Below, piece after piece: positions 1-8,649 of a stretch of DNA of 31,446 nucleotides. This stretch comes from a virus. Lineage: Duplodnaviria; Heunggongvirae; Uroviricota; Caudoviricetes. The notes under the pieces are model-generated. The model was given only the letters and a program-made list of their open reading frames with translations, was not told the DNA's origin and ran no database searches. Made by a program: the position numbers and the translations under genes. Every line of letters starts with the position of its first letter. The first letter of the stretch is position 1. The stretch is from IMG/VR virus record IMGVR_UViG_2872698443_000005, one strand, 5' to 3'.

Positions 1-890
1 ATGAAAAGCATATTAATTGAAAAACCGAATCAACTGGCGATTGTCGAACGTGAAATACCCACCCCGTCAGCGGGTGAAGTACGAGTAAAAGTGAAACTTG
101 CCGGAATTTGTGGTTCAGATAGCCATATTTATCGTGGGCATAATCCTTTTGCGAAATATCCGCGCGTCATTGGTCATGAATTCTTTGGCGTCATTGATGC
201 AGTGGGTGAAGGCGTGGAAAGCGCCAGAGTCGGTGAACGTGTTGCTGTCGATCCGGTGGTCAGCTGTGGGCATTGCTATCCGTGCTCTATAGGTAAACCG
301 AACGTTTGTACGACACTGGCTGTATTAGGTGTGCACGCTGACGGTGGTTTCAGTGAATATGCCGTGGTTCCGGCAAAAAATGCGTGGAAAATTCCTGAAG
401 CAGTGGCCGATCAATATGCGGTAATGATCGAACCTTTTACCATTGCGGCTAACGTAACCGGACATGGTCAACCGACTGAAAATGATACCGTTCTGGTTTA
501 TGGTGCCGGTCCAATCGGCCTGACGATCGTTCAGGTATTAAAAGGCGTCTATAACGTTAAAAATGTGATTGTTGCCGATCGCATTGATGAACGACTGGAA
601 AAAGCGAAAGAGAGCGGGGCTGACTGGGCGATTAATAACAGCCAGACACCGCTTGGCGAGATTTTCACTGAAAAAGGCATCAAGCCGACATTAATTATCG
701 ATGCGGCTTGTCATCCTTCTATCCTGAAAGAGGCCGTAACGCTGGCTTCTCCAGCGGCACGTATTGTATTGATGGGGTTCTCCAGTGAACCGTCTGAAGT
801 GATTCAGCAAGGAATTACCGGAAAAGAACTCTCTATTTTCTCTTCACGCTTAAATGCAAATAAATTCCCGATCGTTATCGACTGGTTAAG
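1..890 (+). pseudogene. rspB: Zn-dependent alcohol dehydrogenase family gene (RspB-like), 3' end cut off by IS1 after codon ~296
   Basis: ORF from position 1 with the GHE..FGV and CGxC Zn-ADH motifs and a GAGPIG Rossmann motif. The reading frame runs straight into the IS1 terminal repeat at 891, so the last residues of the 303-aa ORF are IS1-encoded. Symbol is from recollection of E. coli RspB (about 339 aa). Confidence 0.7.
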
Positions 891-945
891 GGTAATGCTG
901 CCAACTTACTGATTTAGTGTATGATGGTGATTTTAAGGTGCTTGC

Positions 946-1221
946 GTGGCTTCCATTTCCATCAGATGTCCTTCCTGCTCCGCTACTGAAGGCGTGGTGC
1001 GTAACGGCAAAAGCACTGCCGGACATCAGCGCTATCTCTGCTCTCACTGCCGTAAAACATGGCAACTGCAGTTCACTTACACCGCTTCTCAACCCGGTAC
1101 GCACCAGAAAATCATTGATATGGCCATGAATGGCGTTGGATGCCGGGCAACTGCCCGCATTATGGGCGTTGGCCTCAACACGGTTTTACGTCACTTAAAA
1201 AACTCAGGCCGCAGTCGGTAA
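946..1221 (+). CDS. insA: IS1 InsA (transposition inhibitor / N-terminal part of the InsAB' transposase)
   Basis: 91-aa [26 protein letters not shown]... with a Zn-finger and HTH; the A6C slippery motif ttaaaaaactc sits at about 1194-1204. Confidence 0.92.
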   Translation: MASISIRCPSCSATEGVVRNGKSTAGHQRYLCSHCRKTWQLQFTYTASQPGTHQKIIDMAMNGVGCRATARIMGVGLNTVLRHLKNSGRSR

Positions 1222-1643
1222 CCTCGCGCATACAACCGGGCAGTGATGTGATTGTCTGCGCGGAAATGGACGAACAGTGGGGCTATGTCGGGGCTAAATC
1301 GCGCCAGCGCTGGCTGTTTTACGCGTATGACAGGCTCCGGAAGACGGTTGTTGCGCACGTATTCGGTGAACGCACGATGGCGACGCTGGGGCGTCTTATG
1401 AGCCTGCTGTCACCCTTTGACGTGGTGATATGGATGACGGATGGCTGGCCGCTGTATGAATCCCGCCTGAAGGGAAAGCTGCACGTAATCAGCAAGCGAT
1501 ATACGCAGCGAATTGAGCGGCATAACCTGAATCTGAGGCAGCACCTGGCACGGCTGGGACGGAAGTCGCTGTCGTTCTCAAAATCGGTGGAGCTGCATGA
1601 CAAAGTCATCGGGCATTATCTGAACATAAAACACTATCAATAA
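1140..1643 (+). CDS. insB: IS1 InsB (transposase catalytic part, made as InsAB' by a -1 frameshift)
   Basis: 167-aa ORF in the -1 frame relative to insA, overlapping the insA 3' end. Confidence 0.9.
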   Translation: MPGNCPHYGRWPQHGFTSLKKLRPQSVTSRIQPGSDVIVCAEMDEQWGYVGAKSRQRWLFYAYDRLRKTVVAHVFGERTMATLGRLMSLLSPFDVVIWMTDGWPLYESRLKGKLHVISKRYTQRIERHNLNLRQHLARLGRKSLSFSKSVELHDKVIGHYLNIKHYQ

Positions 1644-1770
1644 GTTGGAGTCATTACCATGGCCAGCATATTTGGCAAAATCTTAATCAGGAAAAGTATG
1701 CTAACTGATCTTACCCAGCAATAGTGGACACGCAGCTAAGTGAGTAAACTCTCAGTCAGAGGTGACTCAC

Positions 1771-2070
1771 ATGACAAAAACAGTATCAACCAGTAAAAAA
1801 CCCCGTAAACAGCATTCGCCTGAATTTCGCAGTGAAGCCCTGAAGCTTGCTGAACGCATCGGTGTTACTGCCGCAGCCCGTGAACTCAGCCTGTATGAAT
1901 CACAGCTCTACAACTGGCGCAGTAAACAGCAAAATCAGCAGACGTCTTCTGAACGTGAACTGGAGATGTCTACCGAGATTGCACGTCTCAAACGCCAGCT
2001 GGCAGAACGGGATGAAGAGCTGGCTATCCTCCAAAAGGCCGCGACATACTTCGCGAAGCGCCTGAAATGA
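1771..2070 (+). CDS. insE: IS3 OrfA (InsE), HTH DNA-binding transposase subunit
   Basis: 99-aa [35 protein letters not shown]... with a leucine-zipper-like C-terminus; overlaps orfB in an ATGA arrangement. Confidence 0.9.
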   Translation: MTKTVSTSKKPRKQHSPEFRSEALKLAERIGVTAAARELSLYESQLYNWRSKQQNQQTSSERELEMSTEIARLKRQLAERDEELAILQKAATYFAKRLK

Positions 2071-2933
2071 AGTATGTCTTTATTGAAAAACATCAGGCTG
2101 AGTTCAGCATCAAAGCAATGTGCCGCGTGCTCCGGGTGGCCCGCAGCGGCTGGTATACGTGGTGTCAGCGGCGGACAAGGATAAGCACGCGTCAGCAGTT
2201 CCGCCAACACTGCGACAGCGTTGTCCTCGCGGCTTTTACCCGGTCAAAACAGCGTTACGGTGCCCCACGCCTGACGGATGAACTGCGTGCTCAGGGTTAC
2301 CCCTTTAACGTAAAAACCGTGGCGGCAAGCCTGCGCCGTCAGGGACTGAGGGCAAAGGCCTCCCGGAAGTTCAGCCCGGTCAGCTACCGCGCACACGGCC
2401 TGCCTGTGTCAGAAAATCTGTTGGAGCAGGATTTTTACGCCAGTGGCCCGAACCAGAAGTGGGCAGGAGACATCACGTACTTACGTACAGATGAAGGCTG
2501 GCTGTATCTGGCAGTGGTCATTGACCTGTGGTCACGTGCCGTTATTGGCTGGTCAATGTCGCCACGCATGACGGCGCAACTGGCCTGCGATGCCCTGCAG
2601 ATGGCGCTGTGGCGGCGTAAGAGGCCCCGGAACGTTATCGTTCACACGGATCGTGGAGGCCAGTACTGTTCAGCAGATTATCAGGCGCAACTGAAGCGGC
2701 ATAATCTGCGTGGAAGTATGAGCGCAAAAGGTTGCTGCTACGATAATGCCTGCGTGGAAAGCTTCTTTCATTCGCTGAAAGTGGAATGTATCCATGGAGA
2801 ACACTTTATCAGCCGGGAAATAATGCGGGCAACGGTGTTTAATTATATCGAATGTGATTACAATCGGTGGCGGCGGCACAGTTGGTGTGGCGGCCTCAGT
2901 CCGGAACAATTTGAAAACCAGAACCTCGCTTAG
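2067..2933 (+). CDS. insF: IS3 OrfB (InsF), DDE transposase catalytic domain
   Basis: 288-aa ORF in the -1 frame relative to orfA; DDE/rve-type integrase core (..HTDRGGQY.., ..[11 protein letters not shown]..). Confidence 0.9.
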   Translation: MKYVFIEKHQAEFSIKAMCRVLRVARSGWYTWCQRRTRISTRQQFRQHCDSVVLAAFTRSKQRYGAPRLTDELRAQGYPFNVKTVAASLRRQGLRAKASRKFSPVSYRAHGLPVSENLLEQDFYASGPNQKWAGDITYLRTDEGWLYLAVVIDLWSRAVIGWSMSPRMTAQLACDALQMALWRRKRPRNVIVHTDRGGQYCSADYQAQLKRHNLRGSMSAKGCCYDNACVESFFHSLKVECIHGEHFISREIMRATVFNYIECDYNRWRRHSWCGGLSPEQFENQNLA

Positions 2934-2966
2934 GCCTGTGTCCATATTACGTGGGTAGGATCAAAC

Positions 2967-3056
2967 CATTGTGGTGAAGTGCAGGTTTGCTGCATGAATA
3001 GTTTTACAGCAGAAGCTAACTGCTGGCATGGCAAAACAAAGTGCGTAAGTGGATGA
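2967..3056 (+). pseudogene. 3' remnant of an unidentified gene, cut at its 5' side by IS1 and split by IS3
   Basis: Removing IS3 and one AAC copy joins 1661-1705 to 2967-3056 into one open frame (...GQHIWQNLNQEKYANHCGEVQVCCMNSFTAEANCWHGKTKCVSG*) with no start codon after the IS1 end; stop at 3054-3056 is followed about 30 bp later by a hairpin terminator. Confidence 0.25.
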
Positions 3057-3082
3057 CTCCCACAAAAAGCACCACAATCTCA

Positions 3083-3105
3083 AACCCGCTCAGGCGGGTT
3101 TTTTA
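3083..3105. terminator. Rho-independent terminator hairpin, possibly bidirectional
   Basis: cccgc-tcag-gcggg stem-loop followed by a T-run on the + strand and preceded by an A-run (T-run on the - strand). Confidence 0.5.
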
Positions 3106-3163
3106 TTATCTGCTTTAAATATATTATTAAAATATAAAAAATACTTGTTACTAATAAAATCAA

Positions 3164-3385
3164 TCAGGCTACAGCTTTAAGATTTGTCTGGAATATTTTG
3201 TTGCAATGAGGGCAGATCAAAAGGGCACCTTTTTGTACTCTTGAAAAACTGTGTTCTGACTCTTGGGTGCAGTTTGGGCAGGAACATTTAACGAGATAAT
3301 TACGGCGTGATTTTGAGTCTTTACGTTCTGACATAGGCTTTTCCTGTATAAATGGCCGTATACAGTACACTAAATATGAAAACAT
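3164..3385 (-). CDS. Hypothetical small Zn-ribbon protein (two CxxC pairs)
   Basis: 73-aa ORF; CPNC...CPHC motifs. Stop is about 60 bp from the 3083-3105 hairpin on the - strand. True start may be the internal Met (MSERK...). Confidence 0.3.
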   Translation of the reverse strand: MFSYLVYCIRPFIQEKPMSERKDSKSRRNYLVKCSCPNCTQESEHSFSRVQKGALLICPHCNKIFQTNLKAVA

Positions 3386-3553
3386 TTCTCGTATTATTAT
3401 TTTATATATGACTTTCTTTCAAAATAATTACTCACATTTTTAATGTGTATGTTTCTTTAGCGCCGTTGAGAACAACGTGTGCTGTCAAAACTACCCCGTA
3501 GACTCCGATCTTTTCAAACATATTGCACCATCCGTGTACATCGGGGTGAGGAT

Positions 3554-3769
3554 ATGAAATCAATGGATAAGTTAACAACAGGTGTTGCCTATGGCACATC
3601 GGCGGGTAATGCTGGTTTCTGGGCATTGCAGTTACTCGATAAAGTAACTCCGTCACAGTGGGCTGCAATCGGTGTGCTGGGTAGCCTGGTTTTTGGCCTG
3701 CTGACGTATCTGACAAATCTTTATTTCAAGATTAAAGAAGACAGGCGTAAGGCTGCGAGAGGAGAGTAA
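3554..3769 (+). CDS. Class II holin / pinholin (phage 21 S-like), dual-start motif MKSMDK
   Basis: [28 protein letters not shown]...[35 protein letters not shown]: two transmembrane segments, charged C-terminus, Met1-Lys-x-Met4 dual start. First gene of the lysis cassette. Confidence 0.85.
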   Translation: MKSMDKLTTGVAYGTSAGNAGFWALQLLDKVTPSQWAAIGVLGSLVFGLLTYLTNLYFKIKEDRRKAARGE

Positions 3770-3773
3770 TCCA

Positions 3774-4081
3774 ATGACTCAAGACTATGAACTGGTTGTG
3801 AAAGGAGTCCGTAATTTTGAGAATAAAGTTACGGTAACTGTAGCCTTACAGGACAAAGAACGCTTTGACGGTGAAATTTTTGGCCTGGATGTCGCCATGG
3901 ACCGTGTTGAAGGAGCTGCGCTGGAGTTTTATGAGGCAGCAGCCAGAAGGAGCGTCCGGCAAGTCTTCCTGGAAGTAGCAGAAAAATTGTCAGAAAAAGT
4001 TGAGTCTTATCTGCAGCATCAGTACTCCTTTAAGATTGAAAATCCTGCCAATAAGCACGAACGTCCTCATCATAAATATAT

Positions 4082-4085
<4 letters not shown>
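3774..4085 (+). CDS. ydfR: Uncharacterised 103-aa protein between holin and endolysin (YdfR-like)
   Basis: ORF with a good RBS (gagaggagag) 5 nt after the holin stop; its stop overlaps the endolysin start (ATGA). No recognisable catalytic motif. Confidence 0.55.
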
Positions 4086-5109
<1,024 letters not shown>

Positions 5110-5339
5110 GGTAATATTAAATCGGAACATTTACATCGCGGAATGTAAAATTTAAATAAAAAGGACTCTTCCATGAGTCAAAATTCCTGAAATCTTAAGG
5201 GTAAGATAAAAGGTCTTAATCAGAATGACACGTTTTATTAATAAATAAAGCTATTCTTTCATTGCTGTGTTTTTCTTTACAAAAGTAATCCTTGCTATGG
5301 GTGGTTAATCATGCGTTAATGGTGTTCTGGTTTGTTACA

Positions 5340-5370
5340 AATTTATCTGAAGCAGTCATTGTTATAATTT
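5340..5370 (+). promoter_or_regulatory. Candidate sigma70 promoter with extended -10 (TGtTATAAT) upstream of the cold-shock gene
   Basis: tgttataat at 5360-5368 inside an AT-rich region; it would give a 5' UTR of about 100 nt, as is typical for csp genes. The -35 element is weak. Confidence 0.3.
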
Positions 5371-5472
5371 TATTATTTGTACCTCTTGAGATTTCCTTGT
5401 TGGTTTTTCTCTCTGATATTTTTTTTTCGGACCATTCTGCCCAAGGGCTAATTTCTTCAAAAGGTAATAATT

Positions 5473-5685
5473 ATGTCTAACAAAATGACTGGTTTAGTGA
5501 AATGGTTTAACCCTGAAAAAGGTTTTGGTTTCATCACGCCGAAAGATGGCAGCAAAGATGTGTTTGTCCATTTCTCAGCAATTCAGAGCAACGATTTCAA
5601 AACATTAACTGAGAATCAGGAAGTTGAATTTGGTATTGAGAACGGACCTAAAGGCCCTGCCGCTGTTCATGTAGTGGCGCTTTGA
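5473..5685 (+). CDS. cspI: Cold-shock protein, CspA family (CspI-like)
   Basis: 70-aa [26 protein letters not shown]...FVHFSAI with the RNP1/RNP2 motifs of cold-shock domain proteins. Confidence 0.9.
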   Translation: MSNKMTGLVKWFNPEKGFGFITPKDGSKDVFVHFSAIQSNDFKTLTENQEVEFGIENGPKGPAAVHVVAL

Positions 5686-5717
5686 GGTAGACAATATTAC
5701 AAACCATATTCACTTTA

Positions 5718-5884
5718 GATGCCCGTGTTGTCATGGTTCCCAGTATAGAACATCATCTTTTGATGTTTCTGACATGAATCCTTTCGGGGCAAAATGTATC
5801 TTTTGTAAATCAATGATGATTACATTTGATAATATTTCACAATACTTAAATGCCAGCCGTCTGTCGTTGGATTTAAAAAAGTGA
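5718..5884 (+). pseudogene. Small Zn-ribbon ORF (YnfN-like) with a probable frame disruption near its start
   Basis: An open frame encoding ..RCPCCHGSQYRTSSFDVSDMNPFGAKCIFCKSMMITFDNISQYLNASRLSLDLKK* has no canonical start; the nearest upstream ATG (5718) is in another frame and stops after 9 codons. One base more or less in the C-run at 5722-5724 would fuse them. Confidence 0.3.
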
Positions 5885-5891
5885 AAATGAA

Positions 5892-5914
5892 GGCTCCTTC
5901 GGGAGCTTTTTTGC
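5892..5914 (+). terminator. Rho-independent terminator
   Basis: gctcc-ttcg-ggagc hairpin followed by a run of six T. Confidence 0.6.
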
Positions 5915-5956
5915 TTGGTGTCTATTCGATGGATACTCACATACTACGGTAACATC

Positions 5957-6187
5957 ATGAAAAAAATCATAGTTTTTTTTAACTCTGAACCAGCAGTGGT
6001 AGTGCCAGCGATGACTGGAGTTAACACCATCATGCGTGAATATCCAAATGGCGAAAAAACACACCTTACTGTAATGGCCGCAGGGTTTCCATCTCTGACC
6101 GGAGATCATAAAGTCATTTATGTAGCCGCGGATCGACATGTTACTTCAGAAGAAATTCTGGAAGCAGCAATAAGGCTCTTGAGTTGA
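5957..6187 (+). CDS. Hypothetical 76-aa protein
   Basis: ORF MKKIIVFFNSEPAVVVPAMTGVNTIMREYPNGEKTHLTVMAAGF...; ATG start chosen inside the longer tool ORF. Weak RBS and no recognisable motif. Confidence 0.4.
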   Translation: MKKIIVFFNSEPAVVVPAMTGVNTIMREYPNGEKTHLTVMAAGFPSLTGDHKVIYVAADRHVTSEEILEAAIRLLS

Positions 6188-6358
6188 TTTGATGCTATTG
6201 CATTGATAATTCAGGAAAATTCTCTTTGTCTGTTTGTGTAAAATTTAGACTATCGTATGTTGATTATTGCGATGTTTCATCTTATCTTTTACACGTTTGC
6301 ACCATATAATCGACTTACTGTGTAACTGGAAAGTCATAACAGACTAAAAGAGGAAATG

Positions 6359-6532
6359 ATGAATATTGAAGACTTAAAAACAAAAGCAGAAGCAGATATT
6401 TCTGAATATATAACAAAAAAAATTATTGAACTTAAGAAAAAGACCGGGAAAGAAGTTACCAGTATTCAGTTTACCGCACGGGAAAAAATGACGGGTCTTG
6501 AAAGCTATGATGTCAAGATTAATTTAATCTGA
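6359..6532 (+). CDS. gnsB: Gns-family small protein (GnsB-like), 57 aa
   Basis: MNIEDLKTKAEADISEYITKKIIELKKKTGKEVTSIQFTAREKMTGLESYDVKINLI, preceded by the RBS aagagga. Absent from the ORF track because it is under 60 aa. Confidence 0.75.
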   Translation: MNIEDLKTKAEADISEYITKKIIELKKKTGKEVTSIQFTAREKMTGLESYDVKINLI

Positions 6533-6561
6533 TGTATTCAATAATAAAATTTATCCATAAA

Positions 6562-6582
6562 CCTCGTTTTTACGGGGTTTTG
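6562..6582 (+). terminator. Possible weak rho-independent terminator after the Gns-like gene
   Basis: cctcg/cgggg stem (one G-U pair) followed by tttt. Confidence 0.3.
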
Positions 6583-6683
6583 TTATATTTGAATGGTTCC
6601 GAATATCTAAATCACAATTGTTGATGGTTTTTATTAAATCAATGCAGTCCGGCTCAGGAGTGAGAGAAGCCGGACGTTATGGT

Positions 6684-7094
6684 TTAGCGTGGTAAGATCT
6701 GTGTAGTTTTCTGGATGCTTTCAGTAAATAGTAATGAGTTATCAAAGGCATAGTAATATCTTGGGTGTTCCTGGATATTTGTAACCCATCGGAAAACTCC
6801 TGCTTTAGCAAGATTTTCCCTGTATTGTTGAAATGTGATTTCTTTTGATTTCAACTTATTATAGGAGGTCTCTATAAGATGTTTGTTTCTGGAGAATTTA
6901 ACATTTACAACCTTTTTGAGTCCTTTTACTAACACTATGTTGTCGTTTTCTAACACAATGTGAATATTATCTGTGGCTAAATAGTAAATATAAAGTGAGA
7001 CATTGTGACGTTTTAGCTCAGAATAAAATAATTCACAGTTTAAATCTTTACGCACTTGATCGAATATTTCTTTAAAAATGGCAGCCTGAGCCAT
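6684..7094 (-). CDS. ydfO: YdfO-like protein (DUF1398 family), 136 aa
   Basis: Minus-strand ORF; start taken at the second ATG ([11 protein letters not shown]...), which has a GGAAGG RBS 6-7 nt upstream. Confidence 0.65.
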   Translation of the reverse strand: MAQAAIFKEIFDQVRKDLNCELFYSELKRHNVSLYIYYLATDNIHIVLENDNIVLVKGLKKVVNVKFSRNKHLIETSYNKLKSKEITFQQYRENLAKAGVFRWVTNIQEHPRYYYAFDNSLLFTESIQKTTQILPR

Positions 7095-7394
7095 TGGTAA
7101 ACCTTCCATGTGATACGATGGCGCGTAGTTTGCATTATCGTGTTTATTGTTTCAATCTGGTCTGACCTCTTTGTGTTTTGTTGATGATTTATGTCAAATA
7201 TTAAGCCTGTTTTTAATGAATAGTGTTGATTGCGTAACAAAGTTGAGCCTTGCTGGCATCCAGGAGGGATATGCAACCGACAGATGTATGTAAGGTCGAT
7301 GTACTCAAACTTTCATACTTTTCCTCTTTTATGCAGAAAGATTTGAAGTAATATTTTAACCGCTAGATGACGAGCAAACGCATGGAGCGACAAA

Positions 7395-7601
7395 ATGAAT
7401 AAAGAACAATCTGCTGATGAACTCTCGTTGGATCTGATTCGTGTAAAAAATATGCTTAATAGCACCATTTCTATGAGTTACCCGGATGTTGTAATTGCAT
7501 GTATAGAACATCAGGTGTCTCTGGAAGCATTCAGGGCAATTGAGGCAGCGTTGGTGAAGCACGATAAGAATTCGAAGGATTATTCCCTGGTGGTTGACTG
7601 A
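7395..7601 (+). CDS. Hypothetical 68-aa protein
   Basis: [71 protein letters not shown], predicted mostly helical; a ggag RBS lies upstream. Confidence 0.45.
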   Translation: MNKEQSADELSLDLIRVKNMLNSTISMSYPDVVIACIEHQVSLEAFRAIEAALVKHDKNSKDYSLVVD

Positions 7602-7949
7602 GCACCATAACTGCTAATCATTCAAACTATTTCACCTGTGACAGAGTCAATGTCGCATTCTGTCACTGTCAGGCTAATACAAAGCTGCAATTCAACTACT
7701 GCAATGCCCTCGTAATTAGGTGAATTTACAATATCGTCCTGTTCGGATGCCGGCTGCATTGCTGAAGATGAGGCATTTATGGTTCGCATATTTTCCCCTC
7801 ATGCTCGTCAGTCCTGTGCGTAGGAAGAAACAGGACACTCACACTAATTTGTGTGGGCATGCTGTGATGTCCTTCTGAATTATTCCTATGCCATTATGTA
7901 AGCGCTGTATCAGATGCTCGTCACGGCTGTCAGGCTGTCGGGTCCTCCC

Positions 7950-8000
7950 GGTGGGGGCCCCTGCCACGGGGCGGGAGCGTCGCGGAAAAAGGCTAGTTTT
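7950..8000. other. cos site candidate (cosN-like nicking region) upstream of the small terminase gene
   Basis: cgggtcctcccggtggg...cacggggcgggagcgtcgcgg resembles, from memory, the lambda cohesive-end region (..cgggtcctttccggtg..acg GGGCGGCGACCT cgcggg) and sits about 180 bp upstream of the Nu1-like gene. Confidence 0.45.
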
Positions 8001-8154
8001 TGAAATTTTATTCGTCATCATCGCTACTGTAATTGATTGATATTACAGTTGTTTTATTTTTATGGTGTCGATTCTGATTGTTTTTTGTTCATCACTAACA
8101 CCGTTTGCCTAAAGTTGTTCGCAAGATGCATGTTTAAAACATTCTGGAGCGGGT

Positions 8155-8649
8155 ATGGATCGAGAGTTAAAAAATCTGACGCTGAATATCAGTCAACTGG
8201 CGGCATTGTCAGGTGTACATCGCCAGACTGCTGCGGCAAGGCTGCAAAATCTACCCGTTGCAGGGGGGCATGAAAGCAACCTCAAGCTTTATCGGGTGGT
8301 TGATATTGTGTCGGCATTTCTGGCATTACCACCGCCGGTTGCAGAAGGCGAAATGGACGCGCATGAGCGCAAAGCCTGGTATCAGTCTGAACGTGAGCGT
8401 CTTAAGTTCGAACAGGAAACGGCACAACTCATTCCGGCCAGTGATGTCAGACGGGAGTTTGCCATCTGGGCAAAAGCGGTCGTGCAGGTGCTGGAGACAT
8501 TACCGGATATTCTTGAACGTGACTGCGGTCTGCAGCCTGCCGCTGTGAGCCGTGTTCAGTCCATTATTGATGATCTGCGCGATCAGATAGCCCTGCGGGT
8601 GACTGAAGCAGGTGCGGATGATGAGGAGGAATTACAGCAGGAGGAGTAA
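8155..8649 (+). CDS. Terminase small subunit (Nu1-like)
   Basis: 164-aa ORF with an N-terminal helix-turn-helix (LTLNISQLAALSGVHRQTAAARL) and an acidic C-terminus; stop overlaps the large-subunit start (TAATG); downstream of cos. Confidence 0.8.
   Translation: MDRELKNLTLNISQLAALSGVHRQTAAARLQNLPVAGGHESNLKLYRVVDIVSAFLALPPPVAEGEMDAHERKAWYQSERERLKFEQETAQLIPASDVRREFAIWAKAVVQVLETLPDILERDCGLQPAAVSRVQSIIDDLRDQIALRVTEAGADDEEELQQEE

Larger units (their letters stand above)
891..1658 (+). mobile_element. IS1 insertion sequence, 768 bp, complete with both terminal inverted repeats
   Basis: Left end ggtaatgctgccaacttactgat and right end atcaataagttggagtcattacc form the IS1 terminal inverted repeats; insA and insB lie inside. 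The 9 bp flanking each end (ctggttaag and atggccagc) do not match, so there is no target-site duplication. Confidence 0.95.
1706..2963 (+). mobile_element. IS3 insertion sequence, 1258 bp, with a 3-bp target-site duplication AAC
   Basis: Ends tgatcttacccagcaatagtggacac and gtgtccatattacgtgggtaggatca are imperfect inverted repeats. AAC at 1703-1705 is repeated at 2964-2966. Contains the overlapping orfA/orfB pair. Confidence 0.95.

Noticed and set aside
98-292. Small overlapping ORFs inside the dehydrogenase gene and inside IS1/IS3 (98-292, 886-1104 minus, 917-1129, 1319-1609 minus, 1847-2065, 1935-2210 minus, 2670-2945 minus).
   Set aside because: Alternative-frame or antisense ORFs within well-defined genes or IS elements.
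2964-3080. Possible tRNA or small RNA gene between IS3 and the terminator (some lambdoid phages carry tRNAs upstream of the lysis genes).
   Set aside because: No cloverleaf-compatible acceptor/T-arm pairing found by eye; the segment is better explained as the 3' end of a disrupted ORF. A tRNAscan run would settle it.
5292-5480. 62-aa hydrophobic ORF upstream of the cold-shock gene.
   Set aside because: Lies in the AT-rich region expected to be the long 5' UTR of the csp gene; no RBS; likely non-coding.
7839-8021. 60-aa minus-strand ORF.
   Set aside because: Overlaps the cos-like region; Arg/Pro-rich reading of GC-rich structured DNA.
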